In this document: piece after piece, positions 28,204 through 38,860 of the stretch
Position numbering within the stretch: the stretch's first letter is position 1
Layout: each line of letters starts with the position of its first letter
NCBI GenBank assembly: GCA_965372795.1
Contig: CBDVDR010000021.1
Span: 1-58,403, forward strand
Direction of reading: 5' to 3'
DNA: 58,403 nucleotides
From: an uncultured bacterium
Lineage (GTDB): Bacteria > Zixibacteria > MSB-5A5 > GN15 > FEB-12
Program-made: the position numbers and the translations under genes
Notes under the pieces: generated by a model
Told to the model about the DNA's origin: nothing
Databases searched by the model: none
What the model saw: the letters and a program-made list of their open reading frames with translations, nothing else

Positions 28204-29415
28204 TTAAATACTGTTTACAATATCAAAATACTGTTTCGCCCATATTTCCCGGCGATGTTTTAATGAAATATGTTTATGGTAGCTCTTGCCCAAGCTCTCA
28301 CCATCGATTTCACCAGTTTTTAGACGGGAGATCAGATCTGACAGTTTTTCAGGAGAATCCGAAGGATAGGTTAGGGCTCCTCCGGCTAAGTTTAATTCAT
28401 CAATCGCCTCACCTACATGAGAGCCAAACACTATTGGTCTTCCGGCCGCCATATATTCAAACATTTTTGAAGGAAAAGCCATGCGGGCGATGTTTACTTC
28501 TTTAAGGCAATCAACTAAAACGTCCCCTGATTTTAGGAAATAAGGAATTGTTTCAAGAGGTTGGGAGCCAATAAAGGAGACATTTTTTAACCCGTAATCT
28601 TTTACCATATTTTCAAGAGCATCTCGTTTTTGACCATCTCCAATAAACACAAAATGAATTTTAGGCTGATCCGCAAGTTGCCTGGCTGCCTCGATTACAG
28701 TTTCAAGAGGACGCACCCATCCGAGAGTTCCAGAATACAGCACAAGGAATTTTTCTTCCCAGCCGAATTTTTTACGAATTCCATTTGTATCCGCAGAAAT
28801 AAATTCTGAACTAACCCCTGATTTTATAACAGATATTTTATCAGCCTGAATTCCAACTTTTTCCAAAAACTGGCCTATTCCATCAGTAACAGGAACAATG
28901 CGATCTGCTTTTCGATATAAAGTATGCATAAGCCAGCGAACGATTTTAGTAAAAAATGACTGGTTGAGATTTCCGAAATCTTCGCCTGATTCCGGTTGTA
29001 AATCTCTTACTTCAAGAATATATTTTGCCCGTTTTGTTTTGCTTAAAATCCATCCTATTACGGGTGATGTAACAGGTGGAGTTGACGCCAAAACAATATC
29101 AAATTTACCTTTTATTCTAAATGAATTAATTAGGGTTGTAATTAAAAATGTGACAAATCCAACCATTCTTTTTTTAGGCTGGCTGTTGGAAGCTGGAAGC
29201 ACCCAATTTCGATAAACTTTAACGCCATCTATCACTTCTTTATAGAAGAATTTACCTTTATATTTATCGGGAACAATACCATCGGGATAATTAGGAATAG
29301 CGGTCATTACTGACACATCTATACCCTTTTTAACGAAATATCTGGCAAATTCAAAGAGTCTGCGGACAGCTCCTTTTTCCGGTGGAAAATGCTGTGTAAT
29401 TATCAATATTTTCAT
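28204..29415 (-). CDS. GT4 glycosyltransferase (WbuB-like)
   Basis: MKILIITQHFPPE, PNYPDG, EVRDL.PE, PSKMFEYMAAGRP. Confidence 0.9.
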   Translation of the reverse strand: MKILIITQHFPPEKGAVRRLFEFARYFVKKGIDVSVMTAIPNYPDGIVPDKYKGKFFYKEVIDGVKVYRNWVLPASNSQPKKRMVGFVTFLITTLINSFRIKGKFDIVLASTPPVTSPVIGWILSKTKRAKYILEVRDLQPESGEDFGNLNQSFFTKIVRWLMHTLYRKADRIVPVTDGIGQFLEKVGIQADKISVIKSGVSSEFISADTNGIRKKFGWEEKFLVLYSGTLGWVRPLETVIEAARQLADQPKIHFVFIGDGQKRDALENMVKDYGLKNVSFIGSQPLETIPYFLKSGDVLVDCLKEVNIARMAFPSKMFEYMAAGRPIVFGSHVGEAIDELNLAGGALTYPSDSPEKLSDLISRLKTGEIDGESLGKSYHKHISLKHRREIWAKQYFDIVNSI

Positions 29416-29601
29416 AATTATCCATTCAAAACTACCTATTTTTAATAAATTTGCAAGGAAATTCTCAATAATCAAATGTTTATTAAATAGCTTCCTTTTT
29501 AGCTTGACTACAACCCAAACTGGCAATATTTTCAAAAAATATTGAAAGAAATAAGAGGTTCAATAGTATAAGTAGTAACAAACTTTAAGAGAGGTATTTG
29601 A

Positions 29602-30099
29602 ATGCGTAAACTTACAACATTATTACTGATTTTAGCTGTCATGTTTGCTTTTGTGTCAATCAGCTTATCAGCAGAAGAAGTAACCCACAAATTTGTTGGG
29701 CCAAAAAAATGCAAAAGCTGTCACAAAGATATCCATACAGCTTGGTCAGAAACTGCACATGCTAAAGCATTTACAAAACTTTCTGCTGAAGAGCAAAAAG
29801 ATGAAAAATGTATCGCTTGTCATACCAGTGGTATTGACAAAAAGGGTGCACTTATTGAAGGCGTAACTTGTGAAGCCTGTCATGGTGCCGGTGGTGATTA
29901 TAAATCAGCTAAAATTATGAGCAAAAAGAAATGGGCTGCCGATCCGGAAACCCATAAAAAAATGGCTATTGAAGCTGGTTTAGTCTATCCGACTGAAGAA
30001 ACCTGCGTAAGATGTCATACAGCAGAAGGCAATAAGAATTTCAAAGAATTCAAATTTGAAACTGCCAAAGCTAAAGTTCATAAAGTAGCAGCTGAATAA
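29602..30099 (+). CDS. Periplasmic tetraheme cytochrome c (c554-like)
   Basis: Signal peptide; CKSCH, CIACH, CEACH, CVRCH. Confidence 0.92.
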   Translation: MRKLTTLLLILAVMFAFVSISLSAEEVTHKFVGPKKCKSCHKDIHTAWSETAHAKAFTKLSAEEQKDEKCIACHTSGIDKKGALIEGVTCEACHGAGGDYKSAKIMSKKKWAADPETHKKMAIEAGLVYPTEETCVRCHTAEGNKNFKEFKFETAKAKVHKVAAE

Positions 30100-30113
30100 T
30101 AAATTCTGTTTAT

Positions 30114-30148
30114 AAAAAAAGCGGCTTCTTCTTAAGCCGCTTTTTTTT
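30114..30148. terminator. Bidirectional intrinsic terminator
   Basis: AAAAAAAGCGGCTT-CTTCTT-AAGCCGCTTTTTTTT. Confidence 0.9.
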
Positions 30149-30166
30149 ATCTATCAAATTATATAA

Positions 30167-30718
30167 TTATTCTTCGAGTTTAAAGGTTCTCACCGAGACC
30201 CACTTTCTATCACTCAACGGTGCAATAAGATCAACAGTATCAACATATATCGAATCGCATGACAAGTAAGAGGCTATCTGATCTTTAACTAGCATTAAAC
30301 GATGATTAGATATTTCCCGCGCTATGGTAACATGAGGTTGGTAGTCTTTGATCGTTTCCTGTCCGAGTTTTTTATTTATGCTTAAATAAAAATCAAGCAG
30401 GATATCTTTTTTTAAAACATTCCAGAATATTATCGGAGTCTTCGGGTAGAAATCTCCTATACTTCCCAGCTCTAATTCAAAAGGATCATATTTATTCACT
30501 TCCGATTGAACTATGGCTGTAATTTCATCAATCGGCATTTCTGAATCGAATGGAAAAGTTATTGTAATATGGGAATCAACCAAATTATAGTCGGGATCAA
30601 ATTTTTCACGCAAGGGCTTTAATATTTTTTCCAGATGTTCAGGAAGATAAATTACGAGTGCATAACTATTGTGTCTTCTATCCAAATAATTTGGATTATG
30701 ATAATAAGCTTTATTCAA
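30167..30718 (-). CDS. 2H phosphoesterase (2'-5' RNA ligase superfamily)
   Basis: Two HxT motifs: SHITI and PHVTI. Confidence 0.85.
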   Translation of the reverse strand: MNKAYYHNPNYLDRRHNSYALVIYLPEHLEKILKPLREKFDPDYNLVDSHITITFPFDSEMPIDEITAIVQSEVNKYDPFELELGSIGDFYPKTPIIFWNVLKKDILLDFYLSINKKLGQETIKDYQPHVTIAREISNHRLMLVKDQIASYLSCDSIYVDTVDLIAPLSDRKWVSVRTFKLEE

Positions 30719-30740
30719 TTTATCACCGGTTACTTAGATG

Positions 30741-32195
30741 TTATTTAAAAAATATAATTTCAACTCTTCGATTGTTTGATCTGCCCTTGGCAGTATTGTT
30801 TGATGAGACAAAATTTGTTTCACCCTTGCCAAAAACTTTTATTCTTTCTGTTTCGATACCATACATTACAAGGTAATCACGAACTCTATTTGCACGTTTT
30901 TGCGAAATATCTCTATTTGCTACCGAAGTACCGATATTGTCAGTATAACCATTTATTTCAAGTTTAACATCGCTGACAAAATTTAACAATCTTGCCAGTT
31001 GTTTCAATTTTCCCTTATTCTTTTCATCAACTTCATAGGAACCAGAGATATAATCAATATTCATCACCATCGGCTTAGATAGCATCGATAAATCGATGCA
31101 GCCATGGCGATCAACAGCAACACCAACTAAAGTATTGGGACAATCGTCAAGCCCGTCAGGGACACCATCAGCATCCGTATCAATAGGACATCCATCAGGA
31201 TCAACCCAGCCACCAATTTTGTTATTGGGGCATTTATCAAGATAATCAGCAACGCCGTCATAATCAGAATCAACCGGACATCCGTAAACATCTACTTTTC
31301 CAGCTGCTCTTCTGTCAGTATTGGGACAATCATCAAACCCGTCTTTAACACCATCCCCATCTGAATCAAGAGGACAACCAGTTTGATCAACTATCATCCC
31401 GGGAGGAGTATTAAAACATTTATCTATACTATCAGGGACACCATCCCCATCACTGTCAATTTTATCAGAAGGTGCTTGAGGTAATGTAAATTCCGGCCGC
31501 CAGGCATCTTGTTTTTTAAATGGGCTTTTACTTCCAAAAGAATAACTCAAAATCGCAGAAAGATCATAAACGTATCGCTCGCGGGCAGATATAACGGCTT
31601 CTTCAAACTCGACCCCGCCACCGGTTAAATAATCTATTCCTATTTCTGTTGATAGAATAAAGTTGCCGGGCAAATTAAATTGGGTACTTGATGCGATTCC
31701 AAGAAACAGTTCCGAAGCATCAAAATCAGTTCTTTGATTTCTTATTCCTGTAACTTTTAGGACCGTATCAACAACAGGATCAACCATCTGCCAATTAATT
31801 AAACCGCCGCCAAAGCCGAAATACGATTTCATAAATCGACCTAAACCAAATAGCGGGCGATATGCAAAAATTCCGCCTCTTTTCGCTTTCCATTTACGGG
31901 TGGCAAATTCTTCATTTTGATCAAGTGAAAAACTTGATGATGCCGTACTGTCATCAAATAAATTATAACTTGAAAAACTGACCTTTATCAGCCATTTATC
32001 AGTCGGTTTTATTCCTAACTGAAAACCGAATCCCGATTGAAGCGGATATTTATTGTTTTCGCCTCCGGTTAAGGTAGAATAACCACCTTTTAACCCAATA
32101 AAATATTTGTCATTTTCTTCAGCCTGAACAATTTTTGCCAGACAAAAAATAATTATTAAACCAAGAACCAAATTTGATCGAGACATACATGTCAT
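30741..32195 (-). CDS. OmpA-family protein with beta-barrel, TSP3 calcium-binding repeats and peptidoglycan-binding domain
   Basis: Repeated D(S/T)DxDGVxDxxDxCP units; GYTDNIG..NRDISQKRANRV..NRRVEI. Confidence 0.92.
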   Translation of the reverse strand: MTCMSRSNLVLGLIIIFCLAKIVQAEENDKYFIGLKGGYSTLTGGENNKYPLQSGFGFQLGIKPTDKWLIKVSFSSYNLFDDSTASSSFSLDQNEEFATRKWKAKRGGIFAYRPLFGLGRFMKSYFGFGGGLINWQMVDPVVDTVLKVTGIRNQRTDFDASELFLGIASSTQFNLPGNFILSTEIGIDYLTGGGVEFEEAVISARERYVYDLSAILSYSFGSKSPFKKQDAWRPEFTLPQAPSDKIDSDGDGVPDSIDKCFNTPPGMIVDQTGCPLDSDGDGVKDGFDDCPNTDRRAAGKVDVYGCPVDSDYDGVADYLDKCPNNKIGGWVDPDGCPIDTDADGVPDGLDDCPNTLVGVAVDRHGCIDLSMLSKPMVMNIDYISGSYEVDEKNKGKLKQLARLLNFVSDVKLEINGYTDNIGTSVANRDISQKRANRVRDYLVMYGIETERIKVFGKGETNFVSSNNTAKGRSNNRRVEIIFFK

Positions 32196-32211
32196 AAAAC
32201 TATCGCCATCT

Positions 32212-33513
32212 TTAATAAAGTTTTTTAATTTCAACATTTGAGTAATAATGAGTCAAAATATTTTTATAAGTCCACTCATTTCGAGCTAAACCTATCGCAC
32301 CGCACTGGCACATCCCGACTCCATGACCATAGCCACTTCCGCTAAACGTAATTTTTTTAATATTGTTATTTCCATCCCGGTCAATTTTTACATCAAAACG
32401 ATCAGAGGGTAAAATTAGATCCGGGTTTGAAGTTCGTCCGATTACCCAGCGGATTCTATCTTTGGCAAATCTAAAAACATCCCGTTCGGTTCTAATTGAT
32501 AGTTTCGCTACACGACCACCGGGTGAACGCTTGCCGATTTTCAGATCTTCAATCCTGCCAATTCTTAAATCACGCCCCCGGTCACTGGATAAATATTGTT
32601 CGATTCTTCCTCTTAATTGTTTTTCAGTAAACACTTCATTCCAGTTAAAATATTTTGACCAGGAACAGGCATTGCTATCTGCAACTGCTTTTAAATATGG
32701 GATCTCTTTACGATCCCAGACATCTTCAATATCATCGGTCATACCCCCGCAAGTAGAATGGTAATAAGCATTTATAAATTTATCATTATGCATGATAATT
32801 TGTCCCGATGTTTCTTCAATTGCTCTGTTAATTAATTTTAATTCAACATTGGCGCCTTCGTAAACCTGATCAATAATACTTGAACGCATATCGTAGGCTT
32901 CATCAGGATATTGCTTAAGGTGCGCCATTGCATAAGTGCGAGCCGCAACCGCTTGTGCTTTTACAGCTTCTATTTCATTTTCAGATCTATTACCGATTTC
33001 AGGAGGGACCACACCTTTTAAATAATCTTCAATATAGATAATGTTAATCAAACTCAGATTCTGTCCGGTGGGTAATATTTTTATAATTCCGCGATATTTT
33101 TTTTTGTGTAGATAAATTCTGTTATCTAATCCTCTGGGGATAATGTTGACTTCATCAAGATTACTCTGTAACGATTGTCCGTTATTATTTCTTACAATTA
33201 TTTTTCCTTTTCTATTTTCCACACTGACATGTTTATTAGAATAATAAATGGATTGTTTGCCATCTTTAAGACATTCAATTGCAAAGGCGCCATCGCCTTT
33301 GATCGTAGTTTTACTTTCACCGTCAGCAACAAGTACCCGAACAAATGGAACTTTAATAACTGTTCCAACCACTTCATCTTTTAATACCGGAACCCGGGCA
33401 CAACTAAATGCAAATATTAACAGAACAATACCGGTACCAATGCGAGCCGAATATTTTATCAGTTTGCTAATTTTCAAAGATATCTCTTTCTGTTTTTTAT
33501 TCTGATCACTCAT
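32212..33513 (-). CDS. SpoIID/LytB-domain lytic transglycosylase (lipoprotein)
   Basis: EDYLKGVVPPE, KAQAVAARTY, DQVY, YHSTCGG, GYGHGVGMCQ; AFSC lipobox; start reset to ATG 33513 (GGAG SD). Confidence 0.92.
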   Translation of the reverse strand: MSDQNKKQKEISLKISKLIKYSARIGTGIVLLIFAFSCARVPVLKDEVVGTVIKVPFVRVLVADGESKTTIKGDGAFAIECLKDGKQSIYYSNKHVSVENRKGKIIVRNNNGQSLQSNLDEVNIIPRGLDNRIYLHKKKYRGIIKILPTGQNLSLINIIYIEDYLKGVVPPEIGNRSENEIEAVKAQAVAARTYAMAHLKQYPDEAYDMRSSIIDQVYEGANVELKLINRAIEETSGQIIMHNDKFINAYYHSTCGGMTDDIEDVWDRKEIPYLKAVADSNACSWSKYFNWNEVFTEKQLRGRIEQYLSSDRGRDLRIGRIEDLKIGKRSPGGRVAKLSIRTERDVFRFAKDRIRWVIGRTSNPDLILPSDRFDVKIDRDGNNNIKKITFSGSGYGHGVGMCQCGAIGLARNEWTYKNILTHYYSNVEIKKLY

Positions 33514-34708
33514 TCTTATACTCCGGCGGTTGTACAATTTTACCCAACACCGGAAAAACATTCTGTTTTCTATTTCCGTACAAAGTTGACATGGATTCAG
33601 AACGAATAGTTGCCTCTCCCATAACAGCGTACGAAGCAGCTTCAACTAATCCACCATCGATGCCAAACTCATCAATAGATCTGATTTCAATATCTTTAAG
33701 ATGATATTGAATTCTTTGTATGAAAAATTTATTTTTTCTTCCCCCTCCGGTCAAATATAACTTTGTAATAAATTTATCCTGTTTTAGCAGAGGTTTAACT
33801 TTTTTAGCAATCAAAATCGCAGTCAATTCTCCAATTGTTGCCAGAATATCATAGTTAGACAGGTTTATTTTCTTTGCTTTATTCAAAATAAAATCAACTA
33901 AATCCACTCCAAATTGTTCACGACCGGTTGAAACCGTATTGTTATTAACACTCTTAGGCCTATCAAGTAATGTCAATAATCGGGCTGAAATCACCCCTTT
34001 TTTAGCATAATTGCCGTTTAAATCGTAATTTTTATTATATTTTTTCTGAATAAATATATCCGAAAGGCTGTTTCCCGGGCCACAATCAGCAGCTTTTATG
34101 GTTTTCTTTAATTTTTGAGAAGGGAAATAGAAAAAATTTGAAATACCGCCAATGTTTACAATCAGCCTTGATTCATTTTTATGGCTGAATAAACGGCTCA
34201 TAGCCGAGACTGTAATCGGAGCCCCTTCGTTTCCAAGAGCAATATCAGCCTGTCTGAAATCTCCGGTTGTAATTTTTCCAGTAAGTGATGATATAATTTC
34301 AAGTGATCCCAATTGCATTGTTCCACTTCCCTTAAAACCCAGCTTATCTGTTTTTTGAGGAATATGACGAATTGTTTGCCCATGTGAGGCTATCAAATCA
34401 ACTTTTATCTTCTGTTGCTTAATTTTATCCAAATAGTTGGATGTTGCTTTTCCCATAAAATTGCCAAGACCATTATCAAGCGATATAATTTCATCGAGAG
34501 AAACCGTGGTTTTGTTAGATATATCGAGGATATTAGCTTTTATATTCTGCGGGTATTTTTTTGAAAATCCGTTTATAAATTTATAGGAAACTTGGTTACG
34601 AGATCTGGTCGCTTTAATAAGGGCAAAGTCCAACCCATCAGCTGATGTTCCGGAATTTAATCCGAGAATTATAAGGTTTCTTTTTTTTAGCAGCTTTGAT
34701 AAATGCAT
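33506..34708 (-). CDS. anmK: Anhydro-N-acetylmuramic acid kinase
   Basis: GLNSGTSADGLD, SHGQT, DFRQAD.A.G.EGAP, NIGGISN, DCGPGN, STGRE. Confidence 0.93.
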   Translation of the reverse strand: MHLSKLLKKRNLIILGLNSGTSADGLDFALIKATRSRNQVSYKFINGFSKKYPQNIKANILDISNKTTVSLDEIISLDNGLGNFMGKATSNYLDKIKQQKIKVDLIASHGQTIRHIPQKTDKLGFKGSGTMQLGSLEIISSLTGKITTGDFRQADIALGNEGAPITVSAMSRLFSHKNESRLIVNIGGISNFFYFPSQKLKKTIKAADCGPGNSLSDIFIQKKYNKNYDLNGNYAKKGVISARLLTLLDRPKSVNNNTVSTGREQFGVDLVDFILNKAKKINLSNYDILATIGELTAILIAKKVKPLLKQDKFITKLYLTGGGRKNKFFIQRIQYHLKDIEIRSIDEFGIDGGLVEAASYAVMGEATIRSESMSTLYGNRKQNVFPVLGKIVQPPEYKNE

Positions 34709-34723
34709 AGTATGCCCAATAAG

Positions 34724-35722
34724 CTACTTCATAACCGAACTTTCAAGTTTGAATTTTACTCCAGAAATCCGATTAAGAGAGGCTTGAATTTGATTATGAT
34801 CTATTTCCCCGCGCTCAACTGCATTTACAAAATATTCATAAGCTTCAACGGCGGCATCAAAATTTTGACCAAATAATAAAATATCGTGTCCAGCCTTGAA
34901 TGCTTTAACAGCTCTTTCTCCATAGTCGCCTAAAACAGAAGCCCCTTCCATAGTAAGGTCATCAGTAATCACAGGACCGTCAAATGAGAGCGAATTTCTT
35001 AACAAGGAGTCAATAATAGTTTTCGATCCGGTAACAATTTGTTCATCAAAGGCCGGTAATTTCAGATGAGTAGTCATAACTAAATCTGCGCCTTTATCCA
35101 ATCCGGCTTTGAAAGGAATAATCTCTCTTTGTTCCCATATAATTTGATCATAGCTTGCTTCGGCTGTTTCCAAATGAGGGTCCAATTCTGCGGTACCTAG
35201 TCCGGGGAAATGTTTTAAACAGGATAGCATGCCTATTTTACCAAGGGTTGTAACTGAGGCTTCCACAAATAACGATGTTGTTTCTGGAGTTTTTCCAAAG
35301 CAGCGATCTCTAAGAACTTTGTTTTTTTCATTCGTAAAAATATCAGCTACCGGTGCCAGGTTTAGGTTGAAACCAAGAGATTCTATACAAACTGATGCAC
35401 GAGAAAAATCTTCGATATACTTTTCAATCGATTCATTTTTCCCATAACTAAACGCACTCCTAAATTCAGCCGGAGCACCTTTCAAACGACAAACTCTTCC
35501 GCCTTCCTGATCAATAGCAATAAATGGGGCTGCATTTCTATAAACTGATTTTATTGTTAATATATTTTCTGAGGCATTCTGGTAAGTTTTACAATTATTT
35601 TCAAAAAATATAATTCCACTAAGTTGTGTTTCTTCAATGAAGTTAAGAAATGTCGCAGAGGGAACATCATCCGGAAATCCGATGATAAAGAGCTGTCCCA
35701 ATTGTTCTAATATTTCTTTCAT
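34724..35722 (-). CDS. nagZ: GH3 beta-N-acetylhexosaminidase
   Basis: IDQEGGRV, APVAD, KHFPGLG...DPH, ITDDLTM. Confidence 0.88.
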   Translation of the reverse strand: MKEILEQLGQLFIIGFPDDVPSATFLNFIEETQLSGIIFFENNCKTYQNASENILTIKSVYRNAAPFIAIDQEGGRVCRLKGAPAEFRSAFSYGKNESIEKYIEDFSRASVCIESLGFNLNLAPVADIFTNEKNKVLRDRCFGKTPETTSLFVEASVTTLGKIGMLSCLKHFPGLGTAELDPHLETAEASYDQIIWEQREIIPFKAGLDKGADLVMTTHLKLPAFDEQIVTGSKTIIDSLLRNSLSFDGPVITDDLTMEGASVLGDYGERAVKAFKAGHDILLFGQNFDAAVEAYEYFVNAVERGEIDHNQIQASLNRISGVKFKLESSVMK

Positions 35723-35770
35723 ATCTTCTCCGATATATAACAATTACATATATAAAAAACTATCTATAAT

Positions 35771-37333
35771 CTATATAACTCTAACAAGGTTTCTACCTTC
35801 GCCTTTAGCCTGATAAAGAGCTTTATCAGTTACAGACACTAACTCTTCGTGTGATTTACCATTTTCCGGGAAGGAACTCAATCCAACTGAAATAGTAATT
35901 TTTACCGGCTCAACACCTTTAATATTAAAAACTTCCTTTTCAACCGAACTGCGTGTACGTTCTCCAATATTGTACGCTTCATTTTCGGGTGTTTGAGGAA
36001 GTATTATCACAAATTCTTCTCCCCCATACCGAGCAAATATATCAACATCTCTGATACACCCTTTAACAATTACGGCTAAACGCTTCAGGACCACATTGCC
36101 TACTTCATGACCATAACTATCATTAAGTTTTTTAAACCAATCGATATCAATCATAATAAGTGATAGCGGCATTTTGTATCTTATAGCTCTGCGTTTTTCC
36201 TCTTGAAGCTTTCTTACAAAATATCGATAATTATAAATTCCTGTTAATTCGTCAATAATACTTAACTCTTCAGTTCGTTTGTGAAGATCTGCATTTTCCA
36301 AAGCTAAACCAGCAGATCTTGAAACGGCTGATAAAATCTGTAAATCCCTTGAGCCAAAATTTTCACGGTGAGAAGATTCAGCAATTAAAACACCATGAAT
36401 TTGACCATGTGAAGTCATCGGAACAATGATCGAAGATTTTGAATCGGGATTCAGAGCCTTATAATCATCACGGGTAGTAATATCATTAACGGTTATAGCT
36501 TCACCAATATCAAAAACTTTTCTGACCAAATCCATTTGCCCGGCGTTGATTGCTTTGGGATGATAATTAATTTCGCCAAGGGTAGAATGCGCACGATAAT
36601 ATAGCGTATTGCGTTTATCTCTTGAAATTACTCCAAAATGGTTATACTGCAAAATCGTACCCATGATTTTCATAACTTCTTTGATGACACCATCAGCATC
36701 AAGGATTGAGGCTAAAACACGGGTGTTTTCATAGATAAGTTCAAGTTGTGCCTGAGATTTTTCAAGCTCTGCTGTTCTCATATTTAAAGTATCAAAAAGT
36801 TTTAATACGCGTTTTTCTGTTTTACGCATATATCCAGATGCATACGATAACGCAAGATAGTAAACCCAGACAAAGCCGATTCGAATCGATAAGTCGAAAA
36901 AGTTAACCCATGATAAAGAATTATAAACCGATGCCAGATAGGATAACGATACAATAACAGCGACTGCCGACGCAAACCAGAAAGTCAAAACGTAGGTTGC
37001 TATAGAAACAGTTAAGTAATACAAAAGAAAATATGATGAAGCAATTTCACCGGTTTGAATAATTAGGAGTGGTATTACTAATAAGTCATATATTATCGAA
37101 GATAAATAAGCCAGTTTGATATCAAATTTTTCTTTAACAGCTAATGCAAAAATCCCAATATGAAGAGCAAAGGTACCAATTATTGCATAAAATAAAGTTG
37201 TTTCGGTTCTAACAACACTTTCAACGAATACAATCCAGCAAATACCTGCTAAAGTTAATATACGGGTAAGCAGAAAGATATTATCAACCCTTGGAAGAAG
37301 GGTTTTATTTCGATCCAAAAATAATTTCATCAA
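35771..37333 (-). CDS. Membrane-bound GAF-GGDEF diguanylate cyclase
   Basis: About 5 N-terminal TM helices, coiled coil, GAF, DELTG, DIDWFK, RDVD I-site, RYGGEEF. Confidence 0.94.
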   Translation of the reverse strand: MMKLFLDRNKTLLPRVDNIFLLTRILTLAGICWIVFVESVVRTETTLFYAIIGTFALHIGIFALAVKEKFDIKLAYLSSIIYDLLVIPLLIIQTGEIASSYFLLYYLTVSIATYVLTFWFASAVAVIVSLSYLASVYNSLSWVNFFDLSIRIGFVWVYYLALSYASGYMRKTEKRVLKLFDTLNMRTAELEKSQAQLELIYENTRVLASILDADGVIKEVMKIMGTILQYNHFGVISRDKRNTLYYRAHSTLGEINYHPKAINAGQMDLVRKVFDIGEAITVNDITTRDDYKALNPDSKSSIIVPMTSHGQIHGVLIAESSHRENFGSRDLQILSAVSRSAGLALENADLHKRTEELSIIDELTGIYNYRYFVRKLQEEKRRAIRYKMPLSLIMIDIDWFKKLNDSYGHEVGNVVLKRLAVIVKGCIRDVDIFARYGGEEFVIILPQTPENEAYNIGERTRSSVEKEVFNIKGVEPVKITISVGLSSFPENGKSHEELVSVTDKALYQAKGEGRNLVRVI

Positions 37334-37356
37334 TATTTATCCATTCTATAACGTCT

Positions 37357-37383
37357 TTATCGGCGAAAAGGGATGTTTATTTA
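37357..37383 (-). promoter_or_regulatory. Sigma28 (FliA/WhiG-type) promoter
   Basis: Exact TAAA-N15-GCCGATAA on the - strand, 23 bp upstream of the GGDEF start. Confidence 0.8.
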
Positions 37384-37603
37384 TTGAAACTTAATAATTT
37401 ACAGGGAAAATGATTAAATTTTTGCAAAATCGTACAAATTAATTTATTGTTTTGAATTAATACAAATTGTATTAATCATAAATGCATAATTCTTATGGTT
37501 ATTTCATGAATAATTATTAGTTGCGTACTTTATTACAATATAGCAACTTAAGAATAATATTATCGTAATTGAAGTAGGTGTATTAATTAAAAAAGAGATA
37601 ATT

Positions 37604-38860
37604 GTGAAGCAAAATTATAAAATCTTTATTTACTTTTTAGTATTATTATTTATATCATCTTCTGCCTTTACAAGCACTTACGAACATGAAGATAGAATCC
37701 ATATTACCAACCTTCACCATATTGATGATGATTTGTATGCTTTTGGACAGTCAGTTACAATAGATGGTACTATCGATGGAGATCTTATTTCCGGGTGTTA
37801 CACAATTTCCAATAATGGAAAAATCGGCGGCTCGACAAATATCAGCGCTTATAAATATATTGAATCAGGTAAAGTTAAGGGCTCGGTTAGGACATTTTCA
37901 AATACTGCTCATTTCAGTGGTTATATCGGTCGTTCAGCACTGCTTATTTGCAGTGATGTTACTATTGACAGAGGTGCCGAAATTGAAAAAGATGCTTTTA
38001 TTGCTGGAGGGACAGCCACTATTGATGGTGTTATTAATGGTGATTTGACATTTTATGGCGGACAAATTTATATCTCCGGAGAGATTGGCGGAGATGTTAT
38101 AATAGAAGCAGATAAAATATTTATCACTTCTCCGGCAATTATCAAAGGAAACTTAACTTATACTTCTTCAAAAGAAGCCGTTATCAGCATCGACAAAGGT
38201 GTTATCATAGAAGGAGAAACGGTTTGGAATTTACCCGATGAAAAAGAAGGAGATAAATCATCCGAAATTATCACAAGCACTGTTCTAAATATCTCTAAAA
38301 TGTTGGCGGCTCTGATTTTTGGTATCATATTACTCTATTTATTCCGATGCTATGCTGAATCATCTCTTCAGCAACTTCAAACTCGAGTTGGTCACTCGCT
38401 GGCAATAGGAATTTTAACCTTCTTTATAGTTGTATTTAGTGCTGTAATTCTGCTCTTGTCACTGGGTGGGATAATGATCGGGCTGATCGTTGCATCGGGT
38501 GATACGGCTATTATAGGAGCCTTCTTATTAGTTGTATCAATCTTACTGATTCCGATAACAAGTTTTGTATCTGTTTCGGGAGGAATTTTATTCTACACCG
38601 GAAAAATATTAATTGCCCTTTGGATTGGATACATGATTGTTAAATCATCCAAATCACAAGCTCTTCCGATGACAAAGACTCAAATGTTAATCGGTTTGAT
38701 AGTTATTACAATATTTTTCTCTATCCCTTATATAGGTTCAATTATATATATAATCTGTGGTTTGATCGGGATGGGGGCAATTGTATTAGGAGTTAAAAAT
38801 TGTCAGACGGTTCAAGCTAATAGTAATAATAATTCTATTCAGGACAAAAAAGATATTTAG
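37604..38860 (+). CDS. Membrane protein with a bactofilin-like beta-helix repeat ectodomain
   Basis: Signal peptide, repeated (I/V)xGx(I/V)xG(D/N) units, several C-terminal TM helices. Confidence 0.75.
   Translation: MKQNYKIFIYFLVLLFISSSAFTSTYEHEDRIHITNLHHIDDDLYAFGQSVTIDGTIDGDLISGCYTISNNGKIGGSTNISAYKYIESGKVKGSVRTFSNTAHFSGYIGRSALLICSDVTIDRGAEIEKDAFIAGGTATIDGVINGDLTFYGGQIYISGEIGGDVIIEADKIFITSPAIIKGNLTYTSSKEAVISIDKGVIIEGETVWNLPDEKEGDKSSEIITSTVLNISKMLAALIFGIILLYLFRCYAESSLQQLQTRVGHSLAIGILTFFIVVFSAVILLLSLGGIMIGLIVASGDTAIIGAFLLVVSILLIPITSFVSVSGGILFYTGKILIALWIGYMIVKSSKSQALPMTKTQMLIGLIVITIFFSIPYIGSIIYIICGLIGMGAIVLGVKNCQTVQANSNNNSIQDKKDI

Noticed and set aside
31100..31460. Periodic DNA in ompA (also in the DUF4097 gene) as a CRISPR or tandem array
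   Set aside because: It is explained by protein repeats; there are no identical repeats with unique spacers and no cas genes
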